Shown here piece by piece: positions 14,245 through 33,146 of a stretch of 64,000 nucleotides of DNA (the stretch's first letter is position 1; every line of letters begins with the position of its first letter). The notes beneath the pieces are model-generated. The model saw only the letters and a list, made by a program, of their open reading frames with translations. It searched no databases and was not told where the DNA came from. The DNA is from Chrysomallon squamiferum (Eukaryota > Animalia > Mollusca). The position numbers were made by a program, and so were the translations under genes. The stretch is taken from positions 24,676,001-24,740,000 of the forward strand of contig CM022672.1 in the NCBI GenBank assembly GCA_012295275.1, written 5' to 3'.

Positions 14245-14597
14245 GCCTTTATTTTCACATGTACAAGTATATAATATATCTCACCTGAAATGTCAGGATT
14301 GATGGGAAATATGTTTTCATTTGGTAATGGAACTTTATTCATAAAATTTTGTTTGTAAAAGGAAAAGGTGCATTCTGGATCACTGAATAGTACGTGTCGT
14401 TCATCAAAGAAAGAAAAGTATATTTATTTATTATTTATTTATTCGTTCATATATCGATCTGACTATAACTAAACAATATAGTTTATGTAAATACATTCAT
14501 ACATTTTTATTATAATAATAAAGGAACGTACATTTTTTGGAGGAACTTACACCCGAACACACTAAGTAAAGTTTCCAGATTTCCGGTATCGCTAAAA
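13993..14597. promoter_or_regulatory. Divergent (bidirectional) promoter region between PGLS and CDC73
   Basis: Head-to-head start codons 605 bp apart, local CpG retention, and an ETS-like TTCCGG at 14581-14586. Confidence 0.65.
14241..14410 (-). pseudogene. Duplicated fragment of PGLS exon 2 with its donor site and the start of intron 2
   Basis: Direct, slightly diverged copy of about 13348-13517. It translates [40 protein letters not shown]|gtgag. Confidence 0.9.
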
Positions 14598-17500
14598 ATG
14601 GCTGATGTTCTAAGTATTTTGCGTCAGTATAATGTCAACAAAAAGGAAATAATCGAAAAAGATGATCAAATTATATTTGGCGAATTTGCATGGCCAAAAG
14701 ATGTTAAAACCAACTATGTTGTGTGGGGGTATGAATATTTTTTTATTTGTTTGTTTCAATGTATTCGTAATTAATAATGCCATTAAATGAATGGTTAGTT
14801 GTTACCATGATCATGTTTATGATGTTATTGTTAATTGTTATTCATTTTATTGTTTCTATGTTAGTCTTTTTAATTTTTATGACTAGATTTAAAATAAAAT
14901 ATACTATTCATGTTTTCTGAATTATTAATCCCATAATACTTATGCACAATGATGCCTGTTAAGTTTCAGTCCAGCAAGATGCTTTTTTAAAAACAATGAG
15001 AATAACACAAACCTTTTGAAGTCGGACCTATCACGTTCTTTTAATAATATTAAGTTTTTACCTTGTAACAGTTAACCTCTAAGTCCGGAAAAGAAGCAAT
15101 TTACGAATAACAGTTATTTTCAGTCAGTATTTGTTCATATATTTTAATCTGAATAATTATTAAATGTGACCATCACAGTGTTGCAGTCAGTTGTGCATAG
15201 AAGCATATGTAAGTAGTCTGTCTAGATAATTTTATTACTTGGCTCAGATACATTATATGTCATTTTTTGGAACAGGACACTTAATGTTATATATACATAT
15301 TTCATTTCATTTTTATTTGTTCCAACTTATTGTCAGATTGTTATATTTTAATAACATGTTTTTAATGAAATTGTATGAGTACTAGCAAGAATTATGTTCA
15401 GTATTTGTTAACAGTTGTATTTTTCTCTTCAGAACTGGAAAGGATGGAATAGCTAAAGAATATTACACTCTTGATTCTATTCTCTTCCTGCTTAAAAATG
15501 TTCACTTGCAGCATCCTATGTATGTCAGAGAAGCTGTGGTAAGTAATGAAAACCACACAGTGAATTACTTTCAGATTAGAGTAAAAAGGTATAACTAATA
15601 AAGTAATATTACATTGTTTTATGTATTAATACTTTTTAAAGAGTACCTTTTGTTTAATTAAGAAAGAGATTGACTGAAAAAAGAAAAAAAATGTAAAGTC
15701 CACCACACAGAAACTTATCTTTATACTTAAAAACAATGAACATGATCAGAAGAAGAAAACAAATAAGATAAATTAGTTTGCAATTAAAGAGTAATGATTG
15801 TTTGACTTCTTAGGTGGCTTTCAAAGATAAAAAAGGTAAAGGATTCCTCTTAAGTTTGTGTTCTTGACAAATGACTGTTCATTTTCAAGTAACTGTTGAA
15901 CTGTGATTGCAGGCAGCATCAGTACATGTTGTTCGGAGGCCTGACAGAAAAGATCTTCTTTCCTATCTTAATGGAGAAACCACAACATCATCTTCCATCG
16001 ATAAAAGTGCTCCTCTGGAAATATCACAGCCTATACAAGGTGAACTGTGCTTTATCAGCTTGTTTTTATTTTTTTAAATACAGATTGTAACTTCTCTCAG
16101 AGACAAAAACTAAATGATTTGGATTATTTACATAATTAACATGAATATATTTAATAAATTAAGTAATTTCAAATTATTTTACTTCAGTTTTTCTCTCTGA
16201 CTGAAAGTACAATATTTTGAAATATATAGTTTTATCATGTATATATGATGAAAAAATTAAATTGTGAGTGATAAACATTTTACAGTGAAGCGTTCAGCGG
16301 ATGATGGAGGTCCAGATACAGAGAAAAAGAAACCAAGATTGGAAGTGAGTATCATGACAAGATGATGATAACATTCAGTGCACAAAGTCCTTCTACACAA
16401 AATAATTTAAATGTGTTTCAAAACAAATAAAGCCAGTCTTCTTGGACAATGAAATCTTGAAAGTAATTATTTTGTTATCTTTTTAGATGTCAAGATTATT
16501 GCAAAAAATTTTGTACTTTATTTAAGACAGCATTATTTATCACATATTAATATAAGATGTATTAAATAAAGATTTTAACTTGACAGGAAGAGCAAGTGCA
16601 GCAGGCTAAAAAGGACTGGATTTCCAAAATTGACAGTCGTCGTGACAACTCTGTTATGCCAAGCCAACTGGGGTAGGGAAAACCAGTAACAAATTCACTT
16701 GGATTTTCTTAATTTAATTTTAATATAAAATTTCAGTTGTGAATATGATTAAATATTTTATTTTTATTGAGTATTAAATTTTAACAGGATGAACTTACTA
16801 ACAGCAGTGGACTGTATTTTTTTGTTTAGTTTTAATATAAGATTTCAGTTGTGAAGGTGGTTCAATAATTTTTTTTTACTGTCTGTTAAATTTTAACATT
16901 GTCAACTTACTAGCAGAAATGGATTGTATGTCTCACATACCAGATATCTGACATTATTACATTTTATTTCAGTTCATCATCCCTGCATGAGGCCATGCCA
17001 CTGGAAAAAATTGCTGCTATCAAGGCAAAACGTCTTGCTATCAAAAGAACAAAAATCACATCACTTGATGATGACATACAGCCCGGACAGCTGGAACAGA
17101 GAAGTTTTGTTGATGCCGAGGTAGATGTTACACGAGATATTGTTAGCAGAGAAAGGTTGTGGAGAACTCGAACAACGATCTTACAGAGTGTTGGCAAGGT
17201 AAACAGCTGATCAGTGAAAAAAAGGTCTTGGTAGATAAGACCAGTTGGTGTTTGACATGATAATGTTAGAGGTAGAACTTAAAGAAAGTGTTGAATGGAA
17301 TTTTGTATTTCTTATTAGGTACACTCTGAAAAAGTAACTGCTGTCATTATGTCACACACATATGCAGGCATGCAAACTTACACACACATTTGAGTTTTTT
17401 AAATAAGAAAATAAATTTTTGTCAGTGACACTTACAATTTTTTAAATTTGATTAACGGAACAGATATTTGTTATTGAAGCTTTTTTCTTTCTTTTTTTTT

Positions 17501-20500
17501 TTTAGTTTTCGTTTGTGGCATTTTGTAGATACAAAGTATGTTATATAAGTCTGTTAGTATAAAGTATTTTCATAAAAATGTTCTTTATTTCAGCAATTTG
17601 CCAAGAACATATTCAGCATTTTGCAGTCCATCAAAGCCAGGGAAGAAGGCTCAAACCGACACCAAAGCCAAACAACAAACACACCCTCAGTTGTAAGAGC
17701 TTTTAATACTAATAATGTGTTAATAAAACAAAACTGTTTTTCCTAGAAGTAAATTCTTTTCATAGAGCTATTTGTTGTTGTGTCTTATCATTACTTGTTT
17801 CATTATTGGAATTATTGTTTATGGTGACATTTGTTAATGTTGATTTTAAATTGTTCATAATTGTTTTGTTTTTTTGGTATGTATGAAATTCTTTATAGAT
17901 CAAGAAGGTAAACTTAATTAAGGCACAATAGATAGAAATTCAGGTTAACTTTATTAGAAACAAATCTCAGGTTCATATTTATAGATATTTCTTTGTTATT
18001 TTTACCATTTTGTCACTTAACCAAAATTTCCCTTGTGTAATATTTGTGGATATTGTGATAATGTATTACAGGCTGCACCAAAACCACAACCAACTGTTGG
18101 GTATAACAGATACGATCAGGAAAGGTTCAAGGGAAATCAAGGTAGATTATCAATTTATATTTTGAGCCATATTGGCAAATTATTTAAATAATTTGTATTT
18201 TGTAACATAACTTTCCTTGAATGACTATTTAAATGTATAAATTCTGGAAGATTGTTATTTTGGATTGAGAATTTTTTGAAAAGTGAATCAGACATGTATT
18301 TTATGCAACATAACAGTGACATTATTTTTGTAACAATGTCATTTAGAAAAAGGTTGAGAATATTGTTAAAAATGTCATTTAACATATTTTCATTTTAAAG
18401 GCTTATTTCTCTTTCAGAAACTGAGGGTTTTAAGATTGACACCATGGGCACATACCATGGAATGACACTGAAGTCTGTGACAGAAGGTGCATCAGCTCGC
18501 AAACCAACTCCACAACCACAACCACCACAGCAGCAAGTATCCAGACCTATTGTCCAGGCAAGACCACCACCAAACCAGAAAAAAGGTACAAAATTTAATC
18601 ATACTGGTGCCATCTAGCAAAGTAATTTTTAACATAAATGTTTAATGATATTGTTCTTCAAAAAACAACTTTTTACCTTTTGAATCAAAAACAGTTTAAA
18701 AACTTGATGACTACATGCAAGTAAATATTAAAGTGAATTTCACTGGTTACCTTTTTAGCAGTATCCACATATGGAATAAAGAAAAAAAAAAAAAAAAAAA
18801 TCATTAACAGACTATAAAATGTTAAATTCATGGTTAGCCATGGTACTATAATTCATGGAATAAATAAATATTTCCACATCTAAATTGAAAAGACTGTTAC
18901 TTCAGAATTGAACTAAAATTGTGACAAATGTATTTTGCATTTGTCAAGGCTCAAGGACACCTATAGTCATCATCCCTGCAGCAGCAACATCACTCATCAC
19001 AATGTTCAATGCAAAAGAGGTTCTTCAAGATCTGAAGTGAGTTTTCATTACAGTGTTCAAAAGTTCTTAAAGTGTTTGTTTATATCAATTACTGCTTTCC
19101 ACATAAATTAAAATGTTAAAAAGAAAATTTAAAACTAATTTTGTTATATACTATTTACTTTTGATATTTCAGTTTAAAGAAACATGTGAGGCATTGTGCT
19201 TGATATTCAGCAGTAAAAGATGTTGCAAAATCAGTGACAGAAAATAATGCTCTACAATTTGTACACATGACATTCCCCTTGTAATTTCAAATTCTCCTCA
19301 CCTGTAATAACTGATACCTCATGTTTGTCTGTGTTATTTCAGATTTGTGAGCACAGAAGAGAAGAAAGGTCAGGGTGTTAAGAGAGATAATGAAGTTCTT
19401 ATACAGAGACGGAAAGACGGAGGTTTAACTGTGCCGTACAGAATCATCGACAACCCTCTCAAACTGCAGCAAGATGACTGGTGAGCATTGTGAAAATTAC
19501 ATTCTGAACTAATATGAATATATTACTAAATATATGTGGATAAATTAAGTTTTAAATATATTAAAAATAAAATTGTTTTAAATGAACATTTATATCGAAA
19601 CTATTATAAGTGTGTATGATATTAATTTTGGATGAATGGTTTTGAAAAATTATAAACTGGTCCTCAAAATAACACTGTTATCAGACATCTGAAAGCAGAG
19701 AAGACCACTTTTTCTTATTTCATTGTAACTATAAAGTTTTAATTTTTTTTAACTAATTTTTTTAAAAATATTTAAATTCCAGGGAGCGTGTGGTAGCTGT
19801 TTTTGTGCAGGGTCCGGCATGGCAGTTTAAGGGATGGCCATGGAATGGGAATCCTGTTGAAATTTTTTCAAAAAGTGAGTCTGTCTCTTTAAACTACTTA
19901 AATTAAACACTTTTGAATACTGGTGAAGTTCACACAGGATGACATCTAAGACATTACAACCTTTCACAGATATAATTAATGTTCATATCCGTAACTGTAG
20001 TGGTTTGTGACTGCTGCACTGTAATGAGGCTTTCTTAAACTTACAGTTTTAGTAATAGTCTCATTCACAAACACACTGTCCAGTCTCATTTATATTTGTT
20101 GTGTTAAAATAAATTATGAAAATTTTGTATATAGTATTTTAAAATAAGTTATGAAAATGTTGTATAATGTATGTAAAATTAAGTCACTGAAACGTTATCT
20201 GTATCAGAAGAAAATGTTAACAAAATTATTATTAATTCAGTCATTGTAAATAAGCTTTTATAAGAAATAATTTGTATTGTTTATGAATTTAGAATTTTAA
20301 ATAAATCAGAAAAGAAATAACTGCAGAAATTCTGTATACATTTTTAGTAGAAAAAACAAAATTTTCATCTTTTTTCTTTAAATGTTGTTTTATTAGTTAA
20401 AGCATTCCATCTGAAGTGGGCGGAGCTACCTCTGGACAACAACGTTAAGAAGTGGGCAGTTCATGTCATTGCACTTGACCGACACAAACGTCACTTAGAT

Positions 20501-20986
20501 CGAGCCAACCTGCAGCAGTTCTGGGAACACCTTGACAGGTAATAAATCTTAGTTTATTCTACTTTTCTTAGTTTACTCTACATTAAAATAGGTATGTAAT
20601 TTAATTTAAAATACCCATCTTTTTGTTCTTTTCTTTACCTATCTTCAAAACTAAAATAAAAATAAAAAATCTTTTTAAATTGTTTAAAATACTTCTTTTT
20701 CCTCCTATTTCATAAAATGTTTATAATATATAAACAAATGTTGGCTTCTGATTCAAATCAAAACAGTTTCTAGACAATCAGTATGTATGAAAATGTTGGT
20801 GTTAATATGGAAATTGTGTTTATTTTAAAAAATGCACAATTTAGTTGACAGAAAAATTTACTTAGATGATCTATTTCAGAATGGTAACTAAAAATTTTGT
20901 AAACCAGTTTTAACAATTTTTATTTATTTAATTTTTTTTTTTTTTTCAGATATCTGTTGAAATACAAGCCACACTTGAGGTTCTAG
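14598..20986 (+). CDS. CDC73: Parafibromin (PAF1 complex subunit), 14 exons
   Basis: Exons 14598-14728, 15433-15538, 15913-16039, 16286-16344, 16587-16672, 16973-17198, 17594-17692, 18072-18141, 18418-18585, 18949-19036, 19343-19480, 19783-19874, 20397-20538, 20950-20986. Motifs [64 protein letters not shown] and HLRF*. Confidence 0.97.
16715..16930. repeat. Degenerate two-copy tandem duplication (about 110 bp) in a CDC73 intron
   Basis: ttttaatataa..tttcagttgtgaa...ttaaattttaaca...aacttacta.cag...tgga.tgtat occurs twice. Confidence 0.7.
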
Positions 20987-22803
20987 TCAAAGAAATTTGT
21001 TAACAGTGTATCTACTGAGTATTGTTTATCCCATACCTATCTTTCAGGCAGGAACTGACTAAGACATTATTTCAGCATCTTGTCAGAAATACCTCTTGAT
21101 ACATCCAGTGTTTGGTTTCGCTTTGTTACATTTGTATTGAAATGAAATTGTTAGAATTAACAGGCAGTTTGAAATACGCCTGTAAAATTTGATAGATAAT
21201 CCAAATGACTGCATGAATTATTATTGAAAATGTATTTTACCTTGGATTTTGTTCTTTTAAAAATAAGAAAAGAAGTTGGAATTAATTGGTTGTGGGTGAT
21301 AAATGTTGTCTGTTCTTTTTACTTTTTGAAAAGTGAATATTAACAGTAATATTGACTAACTTCTGATATAAGCAGTATTTTGGTGGAATTAAATTGGAAA
21401 AATTGTTACATGATCATTGATGAGACTTCTAACATAAATGACTAAATCTTGTATTGATCGAAGATATGATCAAGATTCTAAACATTTATTCAGTAAATTA
21501 TTGCATCAGGGATAATTTTTTCATGGTTTAAAATGTTTACCAATTATTAAAAAATAGATTCTTCTTGGGCAATCCAGTTCTAACAATAATTTGTAAAATA
21601 CGTACAGAGAAATGTAAATATGTAGGTAAAGTATGAATCTATGATACAAAAGTTAAAAATGTAAAAACGGGAAACTAGAAGTAATGACTATTAAGTAAGA
21701 TTGATGAAAACTTTATTAACATGTAAGAGTTTTGTACATATTTATATATTAATGTACTGTTGGACAACATGTAGAAATATACATAATTGTTTGTGATGAT
21801 ACATTATGTTAAGATTGAATGTATTCTCCCTGAATGAGAAAAATTAATTGTAAATAATAAATATCGACCACATTTTGTTGTTTTGTATTATTTTTATATA
21901 TCAGTTGTTTGATTTACCGTTTACTTAGAAATAGTGTAGTTCCATAATTATTAAGCTCATATGTATATGTATATATGTATCAACAAAAACATGGGGAAAA
22001 GCTTGGAGTTCATATCGAAAAAAAATAAAATAAAATAAAATAAAATAAAAAAGAATTCAAAACCCCATACTTCTGAACCTCTAGATAATTCACTTTAAGT
22101 AGACATCAAAATATGTCACGTTTACTTCTTTAAAAAATAAATTCACCAATTTTTTATCCCTATTTTAGTCTTATAGCATAATTATAAGTATCTTAAAGGA
22201 AACCTGTTATTTGCACATTGTTATATCTTTGGTTATTAAATGTCTTTCCATCTTTCCAGTTGTTTTAAACAGATAAATTGTGAAACTGCCATACATAATC
22301 CAGGCTGGATAAGGTCGTTGTACATCACATTTACTTTTGGATTATTGTTACTTTAAATATTTTTATTATAAAAATAAATTGTTATATACATTTACATAAC
22401 TTTTGAAATAATTTGTAGTCATTTTATTTCTGTTTTATTTGTTTTAACATTTAAAGAGGTGGGGCTGTCTACCTGTGTTTTGGACATACTACAATGAATG
22501 TGTTAATAAGCTATAATTTTAATATTTGTTTTAATAATATATTAATTAAATGTAATTTAGATTTTAATTTTTTTTTAGTTTTAGATATTCCTCCCCAAAA
22601 GAAAACTAATACAAACAAAAAAAAAAAAGATAAAAAAAGAAACAACAACAACAACAACAACAACAATAATAATAATAATGAAATAAATAAAATTACAACA
22701 ACAAAAAAGTTATTTAAAAACAAAATGCAGCAAATATTAATAAACAGGTATATTGAAATATTTAATATAAAATTCTGTCAACATTCAAAATGATTCCAGC
22801 ATG

Positions 22804-23271
22804 TTTTGTTTTTCACGGTCCAAGAGAGATAACTCAATTTAATAGAAAGACTGAGTCCCCATAAACTACTAAAAGATTACAAAAAAAAAAAAAAAAAATA
22901 CCCAAATAAATATAATCAACAAAAGTAAAATCTATTTTGTGTTTCACGGTCTAAGAGAGATAACTCTATTTTATGTTGATTAAAATTAATAAAAAGACTG
23001 AGTCCCCATAAATAACTAAAAGTTCACAAAAAAAAAGAAAAGAAAAAAGTTACCCTAATGATAATCAGTAAAAGCAAAATCTATTTTGTGTTTCGCGGTC
23101 TATTTTAATTCGATTTAATAGAAAGACTGAGTCCCCATAAACTACTTTAAGTTTACAAAAAAAAAAAAAAAAAAAAAAAAGCAAAATCTATTTTGTGGTT
23201 CACGATCTAAGAGAGATAACTCTATTTTAATTCGATTTAATAGAAAGATTGAGTCCCCAAAAACTACTAAA

Positions 23272-23310
<39 letters not shown>

Positions 23311-23345
23311 ACCCCAAATAAAGATAATCGATAAAAGCAAAATCT
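22804..23345. repeat. Four-copy tandem repeat (about 110-150 bp units) with internal poly-A tracts
   Basis: Units share ttttgt..ttcacggtc.aagagagataactc...aatagaaagactgagtcccca.aaactactaaaag.ttac(A)n...aaagcaaaatct. Confidence 0.9.
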
Positions 23346-26110
23346 GAAATATTAAAAAATGTTTGATTTCTTAGTATTTTAAAAAATTAAACGAAAATAC
23401 ACCACTAAAACGGTTTTGCTGATATAGTTTATTTATTTATTTTGTTACATAATACAACTAGTTGCATTCCCCAGATTCTGTTGAATAGCGACTATGATCA
23501 TTTATATAATTATTTTGTTGAATTTATTAAATCTAGTTACAATTTTTAACACATATAGACAAAATTAAATGTATTCGGCATTAGCTAATGATAATATAAA
23601 GTTTTGTATTGCCTTAACTTAATTAAGTCTTAAGATTAATTAATGAATTTATTATTAATTTTTTTTTCTTAAGTAGAAAATTATTTTTGCCTTGGTAAAC
23701 AGAATCATCAGAATTATAGTTTAAAAAAAAATAAAAAATTCTACGACACTTCGGATAGAACATTAATATGGTGGAAAAGGATTTAATCTACTTCTCTCAT
23801 TAGGTCAACAGCAAGATTGTCTAACACAAATGATGATGTTATTTAAGATAACCAATACTATATGTTGATTATTGCATTTTTACATATTCAGCGTTATATT
23901 TGCTGACATTACACTGTGTTATATTCTGTTTATATTCAGACAAGATTGTGCTTTCGCTACTTAAGGTTAGCCTGAAACAGAAAATAGACATTGTGTCTGA
24001 CATCCATACAGCACAATGGAAATGCATGAAGGTCATGTTTTTTGTTTGTTACTAATTATATCAATCTCTTACTTCACAGAAGCAGTTAACACTTCATCTT
24101 GTTAAACTTGATTGAACAATGGCTCATCTAAGCCCCCCCATCTCTTTTACTACAAGTCACTTTGTTTACTGATCTTGTTTTTATTTTATTAAATGCATGT
24201 GAATAAAGCTGTTACACATCTAGCAACATCAACAATACTGGAATATTATTTTAGAAAAATAAAAAAAAAAAAAAAAATAAAAATAAATAAATAAATAAAC
24301 CCTGCTGTGAAATATATTTTTATTTGTAAAAATAATAATAATACAAATACACAATAAAAATTGTTATTAATGGAAAGCAAAATGTAGGTAAATAATTGCT
24401 TGTGATATTTTTATTAGCGATGAACAGACATAATTTGTATCAAGCAACTGATAAAACATTTATAACAACAGCAGTTAGAATAGCTAGGTTCTTATAAACT
24501 CTCATTTTATAATTCTAAAATTTGATGTTTATATTTAAACAGAAAACTTTGAGAACAGTTTAGTAATAAATTATCTTCTTTGAAGTTCTTTTATCAGTAA
24601 TTTTCAAACTGAACTATATTTCTGTTGATAATGAATAACATTTTGATAAATTTATCAAATTTTGGCATAAAATTTTCTTTAGGTTTACCTTTGTTAATCC
24701 TATTATTATTAGCCAACAGTAATCATATATAATAGTAACAATAGTTTTGTTTTTGTTTTGTACCCTAAAGTAAACCTGATTATTTATTTATGTCAAGAAA
24801 ATTGTGTAAACAAGATGTATACATTAAAGAATGCCATTGACTGGACACAGAAAGTGAAGAAATAAAAAAACCCCAGAAAATGTCAAATTATAAAAATGAC
24901 ATAACTCACCATTGTAAAAGAAAATGTTCTGAAGTAGAAACAATTAACTACGAAATCACAAATGCATTCTTTAAATGAAAACTGTTTCAGATAGCACTAA
25001 ATCATTTTAATTTAAATGTATAAAAGCACTTGTATTTTTAATAAATTTTAATTTGAGCAAAAAAAAAAAAAAATCTGAAATAAGACATAACCAACAGCAA
25101 CATCATTTTTGTTGTCCAAATAACTGTAAAAGTCTTCCTCAAAATATAAATTTATTTATTTCAAAAATAAAATAGTTAGCCTCTTAAAAATAGAATTAGT
25201 ACACCATTTAAAAAAAAAACCTTCTAAAAACCCCATTGAAATGAGTAATTTGCTAAAGCTGTGCTAAATCAGTTTCATTTGGTGAATTAAAAGGATTAAT
25301 ATAACATTTTAGTTGATTTGCATGTTGTTTGTTATATTGACAAAAGCAGTCTCTAAATATCAATCTCTGAATCTAGAATAATACAGTTTTGATAATACTC
25401 TGCTTTTTGTGCACTTGTTAGGTACTATAATGAATAAAATCTGATGGTTTATGAAAGAAAAACCTAAATATACCCAGAATGAAAATGATTTAAACAGTTT
25501 GACTTACTGAAAGACATCGAGTGAGATTTAAAATGATTTATTTGCAAAAAATGTAGCTAAATCTTAAAATCACATTATAAAAATATAAACAGTATTTTCT
25601 GGCAGGTATAGTGAGTGGGTCAGTGCTGAAAAGCATTACAACTTCCTATCCAAACATTACCTTTCACTAAATACTGTCAGTGTTAATGTTGAGAAAACAA
25701 TGAAAAAAGAACAGAATCCAAAGTGAACAGATGCTTGTAAAAATTTCAGTTTTCAGGTAACTGAAGCCTTACAAAAATTCTAGTAATACAGTCTTATAAA
25801 TTAAATTTGAAGCTTGATACTATACAAAAAAATTTGATTGTCAAAAATTTGAGAAAGTAAAAAGCTAGTCACATGAATGAATCTATTGCGATCTTGATCA
25901 TTAAAATGTAGATTAATAATATCATTTTTTTAAATTACTGAATATAATAGATCACAGACAGGCATGACCAGCACAAACCAAATGGGTTAAATATTTTATA
26001 ATTCTTTAAAACATTCACACAATCACACACAGAAAATTTATCTACGACTATTCTTAGGCAACTGGACTGTCAGAAGGCAGTATGGAGATTCATGTAGATA
26101 CTGAACAATG

Positions 26111-30921
<4,811 letters not shown>

Positions 30922-31112
30922 TCTGATAACTTCAGACCGGATGTCGAACTCAACCAGTCACGTGGCATGATTTCTGCCATGTCACCTTATTGATACTAAG
31001 GTCACCAGGCCTCATAGGTATTCACCCATAAAAATTAACTGGGAAATACGAAAGAAAAAAAATCATCTATTTTAAATTGCTTTCTTTTCGTTCTTTTACT
31101 GCTATATTTAAA

Positions 31113-31149
<37 letters not shown>

Positions 31150-31677
31150 TAATTAGCTTACCCCCACACACACTTGTACACAAACATACATACATATCTG
31201 AAATTATATTATTAGATTTAAAAAATTTATTTTGTGACTAAAAATTATTTTAAAAAATAAATAGAAATCTTATTTTAGGCAAATCATATTGGTTTCTTTA
31301 AACACATATTTTCTCTGGATACCATAAAATAAGGAATGGAATTAAAACTTAAAGTAACTTGAAACAATAATCTTGGCCTTATTATAGACGCTAATTAAAA
31401 CATTTTCTTTTATCGTGATGGAATTTAAATTGTTTGCTGTATTTTCTTTGTTGAATCTACATAATATTTTAAATGCGTACAAACTGATTCCATAATATTC
31501 ACGCATTATTCTTCTTTTGTTTTTTAAAATTGATTTTTTTAAATGTTACCATTGTAATATGGGCTCAAATAGATAAATAAATAATAGTTTAAAAAAAACA
31601 TATATATATATATATATCAATACATAAATAAAACTCATCATAAGCAATCAAAAGCGACAACAACTTTATTATACAGT

Positions 31678-31873
31678 TTAAATTTGTGTGTACAGTGATT
31701 CTGACCTAGGTACGACATGTTTGTTACACAGTGATGTAATACAGCAATATGTACATTCAAAAGGTTGTTTGGCAGGAAAATTCAAATTCAGATTCATGCA
31801 AAATGTATTCATGGCACTTCCTTTTAACCAGCGATCTTTACAAAGATTTTCATCAGCACACCTGTAATAAGTA

Positions 31874-31928
<55 letters not shown>

Positions 31929-31994
31929 GTATATATATAAAGCAAAAAAAAAAAAAAAAATTAAAGATTTAATTCTATTTTATAATAAAAATAA

Positions 31995-32052
<58 letters not shown>

Positions 32053-32254
32053 GCAAAAGCCCTCAACAAAGAAGGAAAGAAAAATAACAAGCCATTATTT
32101 TACCGTTTTGTTAGTGTTGGGATGTTGTGTTTATCCTGACCAACAATGTTCATACAAAATGGAGCATGCGCAGGACATTTATGCTCAGCTTCAATGCCCA
32201 TGTTGCAGTATGGATCTTCACATGTCCTGCAGGTTACTGCAATATTGAATGGCC

Positions 32255-32289
<35 letters not shown>

Positions 32290-33097
32290 ATAAAATGAAA
32301 GCAACAATATTAAAAAATTAATAAGTATATGTGTGTGCGAAAAATAAAATGAAACAAAAAAATTGAATTAGAAACATTGGTTAAATGATTCATTAACGAA
32401 ATAATTATCATCTGTAATATTACGTCTGCAATTTGCTCACTGAAATTTAGACCTGGAGTGTCTGTTTTTTCTTACAGTAGATTATGTGCATATTGTTGTT
32501 GAAACTGATGACAATCCACTTGCGGCAGATGTTAAAGTCGATCCATTTATTATTGCTATTGAAAATGATTCTGTTGTACCTGCTCCTGAAGATGATCCAG
32601 TAGTAAGTGCTGTTGAATATATTCCACTAGTAACTGCTGTTGAAAATGATCCATTTGTGTTTATTGTTGAGAATGGTTCAGTTGTAGCTTGTGTTGAAGA
32701 CGATTCATTTGGGACTGCTGTTGAAAGTGTGTATGATGTTGAAATTGTTGATTCAGTTGTCACTGAAGCTAAACAAGAGGATTAATATTATTGCACAGAA
32801 CTAAATATTAATTCGAACACATAAGGACACACATCATTTACCATTTTCGTAGAGTCATTTATATAAAATATATATATATATTTTTTTTCGACAAATAATA
32901 ATTTCTTCCGATGCTTCTTGGCATGCACACATGAAAAACATTCAAACAGTAACAAATTATGAACATTTTAAATAATTACAATAGAATCGTATTATGAATC
33001 TTTTAGTTCCAGCTTTAATTAATTTTAAACACCCCAAAATTCCTAAAATTATCACAAAGGGATAGATATTTATGAAAAACCGAATAACATAAGCAAA

Positions 33098-33146
<49 letters not shown>

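Noticed and set aside
24642-24659. Perfect 18-bp palindrome TTTGATAAATTTATCAAA
   Set aside because: It is plausible by chance in very AT-rich DNA and has no supporting context.
32486-32785. Plus-strand 99-aa ORF (also the minus-strand ORFs 39079-39300 and 44805-45146)
   Set aside because: These are antisense shadows of real coding exons.
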